DNA from: Streptococcaceae bacterium
GTDB taxonomy: Bacteria > Bacillota > Bacilli > Lactobacillales > Streptococcaceae
Reading direction: 5' to 3'
NCBI GenBank assembly: GCA_031254115.1
Contig: JAIRUZ010000027.1
Coordinates: 2,214-66,213 of the forward strand
Length of the DNA: 64,000 nucleotides
Position numbers and translations under genes: made by a program. This document shows positions 30,320 through 41,253 of this stretch, piece after piece. The notes beneath the pieces are model-generated. The model had not been told where the DNA came from. It was given only the letters and a program-made list of their open reading frames with translations, and did no database searches. How positions within the stretch are numbered: position 1 is the first letter of the stretch; every line of letters starts with the position of its first letter.

Positions 30320-31600
30320 TTAAGGTTTTGGACGTGAATTCCAATCTTTTGTAACTGTCTCTACAAGTTTGTCCCATGAGGTTTGACCTGAAGCATAGGC
30401 TTGGACTTGCACGCCCAGTGTGTTCTCCCCCCAACCATCTGGTTCGGCATTTTGGATAAATGGAATTGTTTTTCCAGCGTTCAAAGAGGTTAGAATTTTG
30501 TGTGAAATAGGATCTGTCACATCAGCAGCGTTAAAGTTGGTGTAGGCTGGAACATACTGGAAATCATTTATAATCTGCTTCATTGCCACCTTATCTGTGT
30601 ACATCCAAGTCAAGAAATCTTCAGCTGCTTTTTCTTTAGTAGTACCCTGTGTCTTATTTACCCCCCAGTACCATGAAGCTCCTGCATCAAGATAGCCTGA
30701 GCTGTTACTTTGACCATAAGTGGGTAAGATATCAATCTGTTCTTTAGCAATATTAGGGTCGATGCTGTTTAATGTTGGTACAATCCAGTTTCCTTGATGA
30801 ATGATAGCTGCCTTGCCTTGCGCAAAGAGCTCACTGACAGATGTTGTATAATCAAGCGATGAAAAAGGTGACGCATTGTACTTATTCGCTAAGTCAATGT
30901 AGTCTTTCATGACGCTATTGTTAGAAAATTTGAAGTCACGTGATGTGAATGTTTTGGAAAGACTATTACCAAATTCAGGTCCTACCACTTCAGATGAAAA
31001 TTGAGAAGTTACCCATTTTTCTGCACCTGAGTAAGCAAAGACACCTTTGAGTCCGAGCTCAGACTTTTTAGCATCTAAGGTTTCAACTGCATTTTTGAAG
31101 TCTGCAAAGGATTTGATTGTGTCAACATCAATCCCTGCTTTTTTGAAGATGGCTTTGTTCACAATCCAACCGAAACCTTCAATATTAACTGGCACACCAT
31201 AAGCCTTTCCATCAAGTGTAGCGCCATCAAGCGTTCCTTTAATCGCATCTTTTGCAAGTGTACCATCTGATATATCAGCCAATTTATTTTTATAGGTTTT
31301 GACATCAGCAAGTCCACCCATCATGAAGATTGTTGGTTCATCACCAGAAGTGAATTTTGCTTTCAGAGCTGCACGTGCATCTTGACCTCCACCAACTGTT
31401 GTCACATCAATTTTGACATTCTTATGTGTTGATTCATAATCTTTGACCATGCTATCCAGCTGTTTTGCAGTTTCAGTCTTAATATTGAATAGACTGATTG
31501 TCGTTGTTCCACCTGATGAACTCCCCGAACTACTACAAGCTGCCAACGTGAGGGCTGCAAGGGCAGTTACTCCAAATAATACAACATTCTTCTTTTTCAT
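30320..31600 (-). CDS. Sugar ABC substrate-binding lipoprotein
   Basis: Lipobox LAAC; SBP_bac_1-like; hairpin 30283-30309 downstream. Confidence 0.9.
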   Translation of the reverse strand: MKKKNVVLFGVTALAALTLAACSSSGSSSGGTTTISLFNIKTETAKQLDSMVKDYESTHKNVKIDVTTVGGGQDARAALKAKFTSGDEPTIFMMGGLADVKTYKNKLADISDGTLAKDAIKGTLDGATLDGKAYGVPVNIEGFGWIVNKAIFKKAGIDVDTIKSFADFKNAVETLDAKKSELGLKGVFAYSGAEKWVTSQFSSEVVGPEFGNSLSKTFTSRDFKFSNNSVMKDYIDLANKYNASPFSSLDYTTSVSELFAQGKAAIIHQGNWIVPTLNSIDPNIAKEQIDILPTYGQSNSSGYLDAGASWYWGVNKTQGTTKEKAAEDFLTWMYTDKVAMKQIINDFQYVPAYTNFNAADVTDPISHKILTSLNAGKTIPFIQNAEPDGWGENTLGVQVQAYASGQTSWDKLVETVTKDWNSRPKP

Positions 31601-31621
31601 AAGAAATTCTCCTTAAATTTA

Positions 31622-31648
31622 CTTTACCGTTAAAGTATAGCGCTTTCT
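31622..31648 (-). promoter_or_regulatory. Candidate LacI operator, -10 and cre-like site of module 1
   Basis: CTTTACCGTTAAAG imperfect palindrome; TATACT on minus strand; AGAAAGCGCTATAC resembles cre. Confidence 0.5.
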
Positions 31649-32069
31649 TCTTTTGATTTTATGGATTTGTTGCTTATTTTAAGTGTAAAGATTGCGATTT
31701 GATTAAAATTGTAATTGGGTTTTGTTTATAAACTTTAATCAATCATATTCTAATCAAATTATATGTACTCTATAGAAGATATAAAGATCGACTCTGATTT
31801 GGTATTAGTATATATTCACAACTTATGCTCTTAATGAATTGCCTTTAACGTACGTCTTTCTTCATGATTCTCGGTATTTCAACAGAGGAATAGTTGGATG
31901 GTTAGTTTTGATTATGATGTACTTCTTCTGTCGCAACTTTTGAGCCCTCAAGGATTGTTCCCAAGACTTCCACTCCAATTCATAATGTGTACCATCGGAG
32001 TAAGTTATTAATTGGTCTGATTTACTAAAATATATTTCTTTCATTGTCTGATTGTGGTAAAATATTGCC

Positions 32070-32870
32070 ATGCAAAAGATTAAACAAATCTGGAATCGGC
32101 AATTTAAGTCCTCTAAAGTCCCACAGATTGCGCTCTTGTTTTGGTTGACAAAACTTGTAAGTACGGGGCTAGGCGAGTCAGTATCGGATTACTCTGTGCG
32201 CCATTTGTCAAATAATTTAATTTTAGGTTCTGTCTTGACTTTGGCTTGGTCCTCCGTATTTTTCTTTGGATTCTTATATTTAACTATGCGGGCACATCGT
32301 TATTTGGCAAGTCCTTACTGGCTGACGGTTGCTTTGCTTGCAGTTTTTGGGACCTTTATTTCAGATGCGCTGCGCGTTGGGCTGGGGATTTCTCTAGTTT
32401 TTGCGACGGCATTCTGGTTCGTTACCCTTCTCATCAGCCTTGTGGCTATGCGCTTGATTACAGGTAGTCTATCAATTCATCAGATTAAAACAGGGAAGGC
32501 TGAGTTCCTTTATTGGATAGCCGTTGGAATTTCTTTTGTCATGGGAACTTCTCTGGGAGATTACTTAGCCAATGCCAAAAGTCTAGGCGGGCTTGGCTTG
32601 GGGACACTTTCCTCAGGAATTTTATTATTCATTCCTTTTGCGGTCATTCTCATTTATAGATTTTTTGCCCATCCCAAGCTTGATGGAATGTTGGAAGTTT
32701 CAAGCTTTTGGATTGCTTATATCTTGACGCGTCCAATTGGTGCAAGTTTTGCTGATTATTTTGGACGAGAATTTCTAGGAAAAGGTATTGGTGTCTTGAC
32801 AATGGTGTTTATCTGGCTTGCCCTTTTCATTCCCTTGTTTAGTCTGAATGTTTCAAGTAGTAAAAAATAG
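32070..32870 (+). CDS. Membrane protein, COG4705/DUF347-like
   Basis: SKVPQ..LFWLTK..STGLGE..SD; GTSLGD; FWIAYILTRPIGASFAD repeats. Confidence 0.75.
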   Translation: MQKIKQIWNRQFKSSKVPQIALLFWLTKLVSTGLGESVSDYSVRHLSNNLILGSVLTLAWSSVFFFGFLYLTMRAHRYLASPYWLTVALLAVFGTFISDALRVGLGISLVFATAFWFVTLLISLVAMRLITGSLSIHQIKTGKAEFLYWIAVGISFVMGTSLGDYLANAKSLGGLGLGTLSSGILLFIPFAVILIYRFFAHPKLDGMLEVSSFWIAYILTRPIGASFADYFGREFLGKGIGVLTMVFIWLALFIPLFSLNVSSSKK

Positions 32871-33109
32871 ACTAGACCATTACAGCGCAGCCTATTTTTA
32901 TTAGATGTTTCTGCTATATATTGTAAATATCCTTGATTTAATATCTTGACCTATTTTTACTTGAATTGTGCTTCCCGCTGTAATTTTAATTTTGTGCATG
33001 AGGATTTTACAAATCATATAGTATTAAGGCTTATAAGCTTTAATTAGCAAAACTGTTGTCCAACGAGAATGGCCTAAAAGCATGAATCGGACAAAAAGCC
33101 ACATTCATA

Positions 33110-33211
33110 AAAGAAATTCGTTTCATACTCTTTCCGAACATTTGCCATGCTTACCTCCTCAGCTGGGCCGAACTCAGGATAGCCTGCATTGTTAAGGAAC
33201 ATATCAATACG
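33110..33211 (-). pseudogene. Internal fragment of an SDR oxidoreductase
   Basis: Translates RIDMFLNNAGYPEFGPAEEVSMANVRKEYETNFF (NNAG motif); preceded by in-frame TGA. Confidence 0.7.
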
Positions 33212-33349
33212 TCATACCTAATTTGTCATGGTTACAGTTAGCTAATCATATTTAGATCAGATCATAAACAATTGACAGTCTCACAAACAAGAACTCTGCC
33301 ATGCAAGGCAGAACCCTTGTTGATTTCTAACACCATTAGTTAAACCGTT

Positions 33350-33373
33350 TGTACTGACCCCAAAATGTTGGAC
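33350..33373. mobile_element. Orphan IS3-family-like terminal inverted repeat
   Basis: TGTACTGACCCCAAAATGTTGGAC resembles streptococcal IS150-group ends as I recall them; no transposase nearby. Confidence 0.5.
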
Positions 33374-33387
33374 TATTGCATCCAGCC

Positions 33388-33591
33388 TTACTTTATTTGC
33401 TTTCTAGAAGATTGATAGACGCCTGCATGTTTCAAAACTGCACGAATAGCAGAGGTTGAACGATTATATTCTTTGGCTAAACGAGCCGTGATATTTGTCT
33501 CATTCTTGACTCGACGTTTGTAGTCCAAGATTATAGATACGTTTTCCTCGGATTTTGTATTTGTATTAATTCCCATTCCACGTTTTTTCAT
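33388..33591 (-). CDS. Small basic hypothetical protein, possible HTH (may be a remnant)
   Basis: ARLAKEYNRSTSAIRAVLK is HTH-like; no clear SD. Confidence 0.35.
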   Translation of the reverse strand: MKKRGMGINTNTKSEENVSIILDYKRRVKNETNITARLAKEYNRSTSAIRAVLKHAGVYQSSRKQIK

Positions 33592-33701
33592 CTTTGTATC
33601 TAAAAACGTTAAAGTGTTCCGCCGAGTACGGTATCACGTTCTGATACCACATAAATCTTGTTACGTGATAATAAATTCACATTATTCCTTCTTTATTTCT
33701 G

Positions 33702-34706
33702 TTAGTCTTTTTTAGGCTGAACACTCTCTCGCTCAATTAACGATGATTTAGAATAAAAGTTATTGCTTACTCCTGTCCTGATAGATTTAATCAAATATTT
33801 CATAGCAATTTCACCTTTTTTTACTTGATCAATAGCAATCGTAGTCAATTTGGGAGAAATAAACTCGCTAAATTCTGCATTATCCACACCGATAATTGAA
33901 ATTCCTTTAAAAATCTGATTAAGCTTAACAGCCAGAATATCTGCTGTGGCATAAATTGCAGTAAAAGGTTGTGACACCAGATAAGGTTCTACACTTTTCA
34001 AAACGTCTTGATAGGTCGATGAGCGTGCAGTACTAATTTCAAATTTTTTTCCACCGTTTCGTTCAAAAAATTTTTTAAACGAGAGAAATCGATTCTGAAT
34101 TACACTAGGTTTTTCGTCAAACTCAAAACTATAGAAGAGAATGTTCTTGTGTCCTTTATTAATCAGATAGTCTACAGCCAATTTTGAAACACTCGCTTCA
34201 TCAGTCCCAATAAAATTTCGAGCTGATGCAACTAAATTTTGCCCTTTGGGGGGATAAGTATCGATGTAACTCACCGGGGTATGAAATTTTTTATCTACTT
34301 TTATAAAATCCTCACTACTCACACCAACTGCTATGAAACCTGCAAACGTCCAATTTCGCTGCAAAATCTCAATTTCTGACGAAGAACGAATAGATTGAAT
34401 CATCGTAAAATAACCATTTTTTCTTGCTATATTTTCGATACCTGTTAGTACGGAAGAAATAAATGGATCAGTAAAATCAATTCGTTTTTCTTTCGTATAA
34501 AATACTACGCCAATCATTTTTGATGATCCCGTTCTGAGATTTGAAGCATTCTGGTTTGGAACATAATTATATTGTTCAACAAGGTTGAGCACCTTTTCTT
34601 TGACATGCTTTGAAACTTTTGAATCTTTTCCGTGAACAACATTTGAAACCGTCATAGCAGAAACATTTGCCATTGCAGCAATTTCTTTTAGTGTAATTTT
34701 CGCCAT
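33702..34706 (-). CDS. LacI-family regulator (module 2), paralog of 23147-24148
   Basis: TLKEIAAMANVSAMTVSNV; shares QPFTAIYATADILAVKLNQIFK with paralog. Confidence 0.93.
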   Translation of the reverse strand: MAKITLKEIAAMANVSAMTVSNVVHGKDSKVSKHVKEKVLNLVEQYNYVPNQNASNLRTGSSKMIGVVFYTKEKRIDFTDPFISSVLTGIENIARKNGYFTMIQSIRSSSEIEILQRNWTFAGFIAVGVSSEDFIKVDKKFHTPVSYIDTYPPKGQNLVASARNFIGTDEASVSKLAVDYLINKGHKNILFYSFEFDEKPSVIQNRFLSFKKFFERNGGKKFEISTARSSTYQDVLKSVEPYLVSQPFTAIYATADILAVKLNQIFKGISIIGVDNAEFSEFISPKLTTIAIDQVKKGEIAMKYLIKSIRTGVSNNFYSKSSLIERESVQPKKD

Positions 34707-34744
34707 AGTTAGATAACTATAATAACACAAAAAAGTCTTTCTTT

Positions 34745-36943
34745 TTATTTTCCGCTATAAATTATCTCAAACAATGAATCCTGTAATTCTACATTTTCTA
34801 ATCTTTTGATAAATGCAACTTTTTTATCAAAATCATTCAAGCTGGAAAGCTTCTTAAAAATCAGGTCTTTCTCATCATAAGGCATTTCTGCAATATCTAA
34901 GCGCCTAAAAAGATTCCGGATAAATGACCAATCGAATTCAATATCCTCCTGGCTCAAATCCAATGCAAAGTTTCCAGTCTTAACTGCCGATATTTCTCGC
35001 CCAGCATAAACAACAGTGTGTTTGCGTGTAGTTTTTACTTTTTCCTCTAATCTAAAAATTCCTTTTTCTAATTCAGCTATTGTTTCATTATCATCTTCGA
35101 GTAGGGTATATCTCCCATCATTACCTGGAAAAATTCTCCACTCAATCTCAGAGGACACATTTTCATTAGCCAAAGGATTTTTATCTACGGGAATAATCGA
35201 CCCTGACTTGACAAATACAGGGATTTTATCTATTTCGCGGTAAATCTTCAGTTCTGTATCTCCATCATACTTTTGCCCTGTGAAGAAATCGTACCACGTA
35301 CCTTTAGGTAGCCAAACATCAACTTCACCCATCTTTAGAGCACTATTCGATTTTTGCGTAATTGGAGCTACAATTAATTCGCCACCGAAAAGATATTGAT
35401 TTTTATGCTGATAAGCTTCCTCATCAAGCGGATAAGCGTAATACATTGGCTCAATTAACGCACGTCCATCCCGTTCTGTGCGGATATTTGCTGTGTAGAT
35501 ATAAGGAATCAAAGCGTGGCGCAAGCGCAAAAACTCTTCCATTGATTCTTCAACAACTTTATCAAAATGCCAAGGTTCTTTACCTGAAAACTCAGATTTT
35601 GACGAATGAAGGCGATTGATTGGCGAAAACACACCAAATTGTAACCAGCGCAAGCTCAACTCACTGTCCTTAATACCATGCATGTGGCCACCAATATCGT
35701 GGCTCCACCAAGTATAACCGATATTCGTCGCCGTACTGGTAAAATACGGTTGAAATTCAAGACTCGCCCAAGAAATCACCGTATCTCCAGAAAATCCGAG
35801 CGGATAGCGGTGTGATCCAGGTCCCGCATAACGGCTCAGGATAATATTATTCTTAGATAATTTTTGAGCGTCGCAATACTGATAATGATTCAGCAACCAC
35901 AGCGGATCAGCACCAGACGCAGAAACCGTGCCTTGCTGCCAGTCTAGCCACCAAAAATCTACCCCATCCTTTTCAAGTGGTCCATGCGCATCTTCAAAAT
36001 AAGCCCTTCTAAATTCAGGATCATCAAAATCAAATTTAGCAGGTTCTTCAAGCGATTCTTTCAGGTGCAAATGCTCTGCTACCGCTGGATAAGCATCCTC
36101 AAATGCACGCACGCCAGATGCCGGATGGTCATTAAGTGTGATTTTTAAGCCTTTTTCGTGCAATTTTTTGAGGAATCTCGCAGGGTCTGGAAACCAATTT
36201 CGATTCCAAGAATAGCCCGTCCAACCTGAGCCATAATGTGAAGGCACGTCTGCAACGCGATGCCAATCCATGTCAATAACTGATACCGATAGTGGTACTT
36301 TCTTCTCCTCAAACTTATCCATCAGCTGAAGGTACGACTTCTCAGTGTATTCATAAAAACGACTCCACCAATTTCCTAACGCAAAGCGTGGCAATTTGGG
36401 TGTTGGCCCCGTCAGCTTATAAAAATCTTGCAGTGCTCGTCTGAAATCCCGACCATACGCAAAGAAGTATAAATCCGTCAGATCTGACGGGCGCTCTGCA
36501 ATATCTCCATTTTTCGTCAGAAGTAATGAGTCATCTATCAAAACTGAAAAACCATTTCGCGACATAATTCCATCATCAAGCTCACATTCGCCGTCAATCG
36601 TATCCAGCGTCCGCGTCGTCCCGCCCAGATTTCCTTCAATTTTCTCGCCAAAGTACCAACGATTCGAGTAAACTGAAAAGGCAAATTTTACATCTGCATA
36701 CAAACTTTCCTTTGAAAACGGCCCGCCCGCATAATACAAATGCACAGCTGACGTGACGAGTTCAATTCCGGCATTTTTCTCAATTCTGTCATAGTTAACA
36801 GAATCAGCAAATTCCCGATTTTGCACAATTTGTGTTGTTGAGTCATTAAAAATCCCTGTCTCGCTATACTCTACCCGAATCAGATTCTCCGTCAAAATTG
36901 TAAACCGTGCCTTGTCAAATCTGACCACATTATTTTCATTCAT
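34745..36943 (-). CDS. GH31 glycosidase, WWLDWQQG type; paralog of 24145-26340
   Basis: Same motif set and colinear over full length. Confidence 0.88.
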   Translation of the reverse strand: MNENNVVRFDKARFTILTENLIRVEYSETGIFNDSTTQIVQNREFADSVNYDRIEKNAGIELVTSAVHLYYAGGPFSKESLYADVKFAFSVYSNRWYFGEKIEGNLGGTTRTLDTIDGECELDDGIMSRNGFSVLIDDSLLLTKNGDIAERPSDLTDLYFFAYGRDFRRALQDFYKLTGPTPKLPRFALGNWWSRFYEYTEKSYLQLMDKFEEKKVPLSVSVIDMDWHRVADVPSHYGSGWTGYSWNRNWFPDPARFLKKLHEKGLKITLNDHPASGVRAFEDAYPAVAEHLHLKESLEEPAKFDFDDPEFRRAYFEDAHGPLEKDGVDFWWLDWQQGTVSASGADPLWLLNHYQYCDAQKLSKNNIILSRYAGPGSHRYPLGFSGDTVISWASLEFQPYFTSTATNIGYTWWSHDIGGHMHGIKDSELSLRWLQFGVFSPINRLHSSKSEFSGKEPWHFDKVVEESMEEFLRLRHALIPYIYTANIRTERDGRALIEPMYYAYPLDEEAYQHKNQYLFGGELIVAPITQKSNSALKMGEVDVWLPKGTWYDFFTGQKYDGDTELKIYREIDKIPVFVKSGSIIPVDKNPLANENVSSEIEWRIFPGNDGRYTLLEDDNETIAELEKGIFRLEEKVKTTRKHTVVYAGREISAVKTGNFALDLSQEDIEFDWSFIRNLFRRLDIAEMPYDEKDLIFKKLSSLNDFDKKVAFIKRLENVELQDSLFEIIYSGK

Positions 36944-37051
36944 TTTATTCTCTTTCTAAGGCAAATTATTTTCTGCCGCCAAATACTGCTCATACTATTC
37001 TCAAGTGCCATATGTGACGCTTACATCTCACCGTCTGATTTTTTCATTTCT

Positions 37052-37675
37052 TCATCTCTCAACTTTCACAGATACTTGTTTGATCATAATTCCTGAAAAA
37101 TAGTTGATAACTGCAACCCCACCAAAGGTGCATACATATACCATTGTCAGCAATGCAGCAGGGCTTGACACACTAAAATAAATAATAAAGCTATTGTAAA
37201 CCACAAGAAATGCTGTCGTTAAAAGATTCTGCAGGCTAATAACCAAAACGTTTCTTGTCGAGACACATAGTGTATCTTGGTATCTCCCGATATAAGCGAA
37301 CAAATAAGATGCTTCAATAACAACGATAATAGAAAGAATAATTGCCGCAATCCCCATCAAAAACCTAATAGGCAAGGGCAAATCGCCAAATCGCTGAAAA
37401 TCAAAAATTACAATCGCCGCAACTGACAATAACATCAGCCAAGCAACCGTTGCCTGCCTAAAATTTTCTATAAATATTCTAAAATAATTTCTTGCAATAC
37501 CAGCATCTTTTTTATGTAAAATATTCTGTATGCTTGTTTGAAGTGCACACAGACTTGCACCAATAGTAATGAGCGGTAAAGAAGTCAATATAAATAAAGA
37601 GTTTAAAATTATCAAATCAACAAACCTTGCCAAAAGGCGCATAATTGGGCTATCTAAGTTAAGCAACTGTTTCAT
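37052..37675 (-). CDS. YesL/DUF624 membrane protein
   Basis: DLIILN.LFILTSLPLITIGAS; typical sugar-ABC accessory. Confidence 0.85.
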   Translation of the reverse strand: MKQLLNLDSPIMRLLARFVDLIILNSLFILTSLPLITIGASLCALQTSIQNILHKKDAGIARNYFRIFIENFRQATVAWLMLLSVAAIVIFDFQRFGDLPLPIRFLMGIAAIILSIIVVIEASYLFAYIGRYQDTLCVSTRNVLVISLQNLLTTAFLVVYNSFIIYFSVSSPAALLTMVYVCTFGGVAVINYFSGIMIKQVSVKVER

Positions 37676-37766
37676 AATTACCTCAAATTACAAAAATATA
37701 AAGTCAGAGAACTGGGAGAAACTCTGACTTTGCTATTTTCATTTAATTATATAGCTTCCATAATAA

Positions 37767-39323
37767 TCATTTAAGTGATTTTTTGTATCGATTATAGGCA
37801 TCTTGTTGGATCTTCATAAATTTATCAAGCCCCATATCTTTAAGTTTCTTCTGATAAGCTGACCAATCACTGTCTACGCCACCCTTTGTAACCCAAAGAG
37901 CCTCTTGTTGAGTAGCATATGAAGTTAATTGTGTTGAAATGGTGCTCAAAGTCTTCAGCTCATCACTACTATAAGTCACATTTGGATAAGCAGGCAAAGC
38001 ATATTTCTTATATTGTGCATCCATCTGCAATTTCACAGCATCACCATTTGTCGTGTCCTGGTAAGTCACTTTGCTATTTTCAACTGAGTTCCAAGCTTTT
38101 GGTCCAAAATCACGTAAGGAATTAATCCACGCTTGTGTGTCTGATGAGTTGCTTCCCGTAGGTTTCAAAACCGTGTAGCCATCAGATGTTTTTTGTGTCC
38201 CAACTCCAAACTGACCATAGAAATTTTGGATAGCGGCATCTTCCGTGTAGAAGGAATCCAACCATTTCATCATAGCTTTTACATTTTTAGCGTGTGTTGT
38301 AACCAATACTTCGTTACGTGATTCGTTGTAGTGTTCAGGATCAGACATCACATAAGCCTTGCCATCAGGTCCCTTTAATGGGGGCAGTGCCGCATAATCT
38401 TTTGCATTTGCACCAAATACAGCGTCTGCCGTCCAGCCTGCAGATACACCCACGGTTTCATTTTTCGCCAATGTCTTGTTTTGCATCTGGGTTGTGTTTT
38501 CTGTATAAGTTCCCGAGTCAATTAATCCTTTGGTATAAGCATCGTGCATAGCAGCAATTCCTGTTTTGTAGTTGTCCGTGTTATAATTCCAAACCACTTT
38601 GCCACTTTCAATAGACACATCATTCGTGCCTGGCGCTCCATCACGCACACCAAATGGTAACAAATAGGAGAATGTAGGATCCACATTTCCTGAAGGTGCA
38701 TAAGGTACAGCACCTGGAATTTTTGCCTTAAACTGTTCTAACACATTAACAAATTCATCATAGGTAGTAGGCATCTGAAGCCCCAGCTGATCTAACCATT
38801 TTTTATTAATAAAGAGCTGATTGGCAACCGTAGGACGCATTGGAGAGGTCTTTGGTAGACTGTAAATCTTCCCATCAGGATTTGTAATCATTGATTTGAG
38901 CTGTGGTTGCTCTTTCAACAATTTTGTTAGATTTGGCATATCCGTTGAGTTAATATATTTATTAAGTGGGATAAAATCAGCTTGATTTTGAGAAATTTGC
39001 TGATCTGTAAAAGCATTAGACCCAATAAATGCATCTGGCAGTTTCCCAGAAGCCAGAACTGTCGCAGACTTATCTGGCCAGTTAGCATTAAGGTACGTAT
39101 CCCATTTTATAGTAATCCCCGCATTTTTCGCCAACTCGTTGGGATAATTCTGGAATGTCGTTCCCCAGTCGGACCAGCGAACGGTTGCAACTTCAAAATT
39201 CTTATTGGCTGTATTATCCGCGTTATTGCTGGATGAATTGCTGCTGCATCCCGCCAAAAGGAATGCAGATATTAAGAGTGTTGCAGCTCCTGCTGCGAAG
39301 TAAATTTTTTTGTGCTGTTTCAT
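37767..39323 (-). CDS. Sugar ABC substrate-binding lipoprotein (LplA-like)
   Basis: Lipobox LAGC; DGKIYSLP, INKKWLD.LGL.MPTT.DE, LPPLKGPDG. Confidence 0.9.
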   Translation of the reverse strand: MKQHKKIYFAAGAATLLISAFLLAGCSSNSSSNNADNTANKNFEVATVRWSDWGTTFQNYPNELAKNAGITIKWDTYLNANWPDKSATVLASGKLPDAFIGSNAFTDQQISQNQADFIPLNKYINSTDMPNLTKLLKEQPQLKSMITNPDGKIYSLPKTSPMRPTVANQLFINKKWLDQLGLQMPTTYDEFVNVLEQFKAKIPGAVPYAPSGNVDPTFSYLLPFGVRDGAPGTNDVSIESGKVVWNYNTDNYKTGIAAMHDAYTKGLIDSGTYTENTTQMQNKTLAKNETVGVSAGWTADAVFGANAKDYAALPPLKGPDGKAYVMSDPEHYNESRNEVLVTTHAKNVKAMMKWLDSFYTEDAAIQNFYGQFGVGTQKTSDGYTVLKPTGSNSSDTQAWINSLRDFGPKAWNSVENSKVTYQDTTNGDAVKLQMDAQYKKYALPAYPNVTYSSDELKTLSTISTQLTSYATQQEALWVTKGGVDSDWSAYQKKLKDMGLDKFMKIQQDAYNRYKKSLK

Positions 39324-39364
39324 TTTTTCTCCAATTTGTATTATTTTTTGTTACCAGAATAAAA

Positions 39365-40264
39365 TCATTCCTTTATCGCACCAACCATCACCCCCTGATT
39401 GAAATATTTTTGCAAGAATGGATAAACAAGCATAATAGGTACTGTAGAAATAACAATTGCTGCATATTGCATCATTTGCGATGTTTGTGCAAGTTGACTT
39501 GCCAGTGCCCCAGTTGTTTGTGTTTGCAAAGTTTGATTCATAATTAATAATTGTCTCAACAATAGTTGCAGAGGCTGAAGGTTTGGATCGCTTAAATAAA
39601 TAAGAGCATTAAACCAAGAATTCCAAATTCCTACAGCTGTCCAAAGCCCTATCACAGCAAGAATTGCCTTAGACAACGGTAGTACAATTTGGAAAAAGTA
39701 TCTAATCGTTCCACTTCCATCAATTTGAGCAGACTCCCACAGACCTTCTGGCAGGGAATTATCAAAAAAGGTTCTTGCAACAATAATATTATATGGAGAC
39801 ACGGCAAATGGCACGATCATAACCCAAATAGTATTTAGTAAGCCAAAATTTTTAGTAACCAAGTAAATGGGGATAAGGCCTCCCGTAACAAACATAGGAA
39901 TAACATAAAGAATATTAATCCATTTTCGGCCAAATAAGTCTTTACGGGATAAGGCATAGCCAACTGGTATATTCACCAGTAAACCAAAAAGAGTTCCTGC
40001 TACCGTATAAAAGATTGTATTAAAATACGAGCGCCAAAGCAGTGGTTGTTTGAAAAGCACCTCATAGCCTTGCAAGCTCCATGACTTTGGCCAAAACCAA
40101 ACAGCGCCACTTGCTACATCCTGTGGATTTGAGAAACTTGCAATGATAACAAACCATAATGGGTAAACGATTACCAATATCAAAAGAATTGATAGACCAT
40201 AGATGGCTAAGTTAAATATTTTCTCTCCAGTCGAAGTTGGTTTTTTATTTTTCTTTAACATCAT
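39365..40264 (-). CDS. Carbohydrate ABC permease (LplC-like)
   Basis: GGLIP, ESAQIDG, WNSWF, YPFLQKYF. Confidence 0.92.
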   Translation of the reverse strand: MMLKKNKKPTSTGEKIFNLAIYGLSILLILVIVYPLWFVIIASFSNPQDVASGAVWFWPKSWSLQGYEVLFKQPLLWRSYFNTIFYTVAGTLFGLLVNIPVGYALSRKDLFGRKWINILYVIPMFVTGGLIPIYLVTKNFGLLNTIWVMIVPFAVSPYNIIVARTFFDNSLPEGLWESAQIDGSGTIRYFFQIVLPLSKAILAVIGLWTAVGIWNSWFNALIYLSDPNLQPLQLLLRQLLIMNQTLQTQTTGALASQLAQTSQMMQYAAIVISTVPIMLVYPFLQKYFNQGVMVGAIKE

Positions 40265-40269
40265 TCCTC

Positions 40270-41208
40270 CTAAAATAGTCCAGTCTTCGTGAGACGTCTT
40301 GAGATAAAATTCACAGTAACAAGTACGACTAGATTAATCAACGTCTGGAAAAGGTTTATTGCAGTTGAATATGAATATTGGAATGATTGTAACCCCACCT
40401 TATAAACATAAGTTGAAATTATTTCACTACCTGGTAAATTCAATGGATTTTGAAGTAACAAAACTTTTTCAAAACCTATATTAAGAAGTTGCCCAACCGT
40501 TAATATTAACATGATCATCATAGTTGGGACTAAAAGTGGCAAATCAATATTTCTCATCTGTTGGAAACGTGATGCGCCATCCATAGTTGCTGCCTCATAA
40601 AAAGTTGGATCAATTGCGGAAAGTGCCGCTAAGTAAATAATAGAATTCCAACCAACATGTTGCCAGACATCCGTCCAGACATAGAGACTAGCAAAAGCGT
40701 TTGGGTTACCAATCACATCTAGCATATGTAGATTCAACAGATGTAATAAGTTTGCAATCAAGCCCGATTGAGGAGAAAAAAACAAAAGAATCATTCCACA
40801 CATTACCATTGTTGATATGAAATGTGGGAGATATGTCGTCACCTGAAAAAACTTTTTAAAGGCTTGAACACGTATCTGGTTACAAATAAGCGCTAAAACG
40901 ATAGGAAGAGTAAAGCCAAACGCAGTACTATAAAGGGCTATTTTCAAGGTGTTCAGTATGGTGGGCCAAAATTGATAGGAACTAAAATATTGATGAAACC
41001 ACTGAAATCCGACCCATGGGCTATTCCATACGCCTACAGCAGGTGAATAGTCTTTAAATGCCATAAGCAGACCATACATTGGAACATAGGCGAACATTAT
41101 TAACAAAATTGTTGCAGGCGCCAATAAAACATACAATGAAGCATTGTGCGCCAACTTCTCTCTTAATAAACTCTTTTTACGTAAGGGAACTTTAGTTACT
41201 ACTTCCAT
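40270..41208 (-). CDS. Carbohydrate ABC permease (LplB-like)
   Basis: YVPMYG..MAFKDY, YLPHFIS, YEAATMDGASR. Confidence 0.92.
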   Translation of the reverse strand: MEVVTKVPLRKKSLLREKLAHNASLYVLLAPATILLIMFAYVPMYGLLMAFKDYSPAVGVWNSPWVGFQWFHQYFSSYQFWPTILNTLKIALYSTAFGFTLPIVLALICNQIRVQAFKKFFQVTTYLPHFISTMVMCGMILLFFSPQSGLIANLLHLLNLHMLDVIGNPNAFASLYVWTDVWQHVGWNSIIYLAALSAIDPTFYEAATMDGASRFQQMRNIDLPLLVPTMMIMLILTVGQLLNIGFEKVLLLQNPLNLPGSEIISTYVYKVGLQSFQYSYSTAINLFQTLINLVVLVTVNFISRRLTKTGLF

Positions 41209-41253
41209 AATTATTCTCCACTAATTCTAAATACTCTTTACTTTAACTTTAAC

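Noticed and set aside
31862-32071. 69-aa minus-strand ORF
   Set aside because: Overlaps the promoter of the divergent membrane gene, has no SD and no recognisable domain.
22932-33351. 12-bp direct repeat TTAAACCGTTTG (22932 and 33340) as a target duplication around module 1
   Set aside because: Short, in AT-rich DNA, and the second copy overlaps the IS-like end; could be chance.
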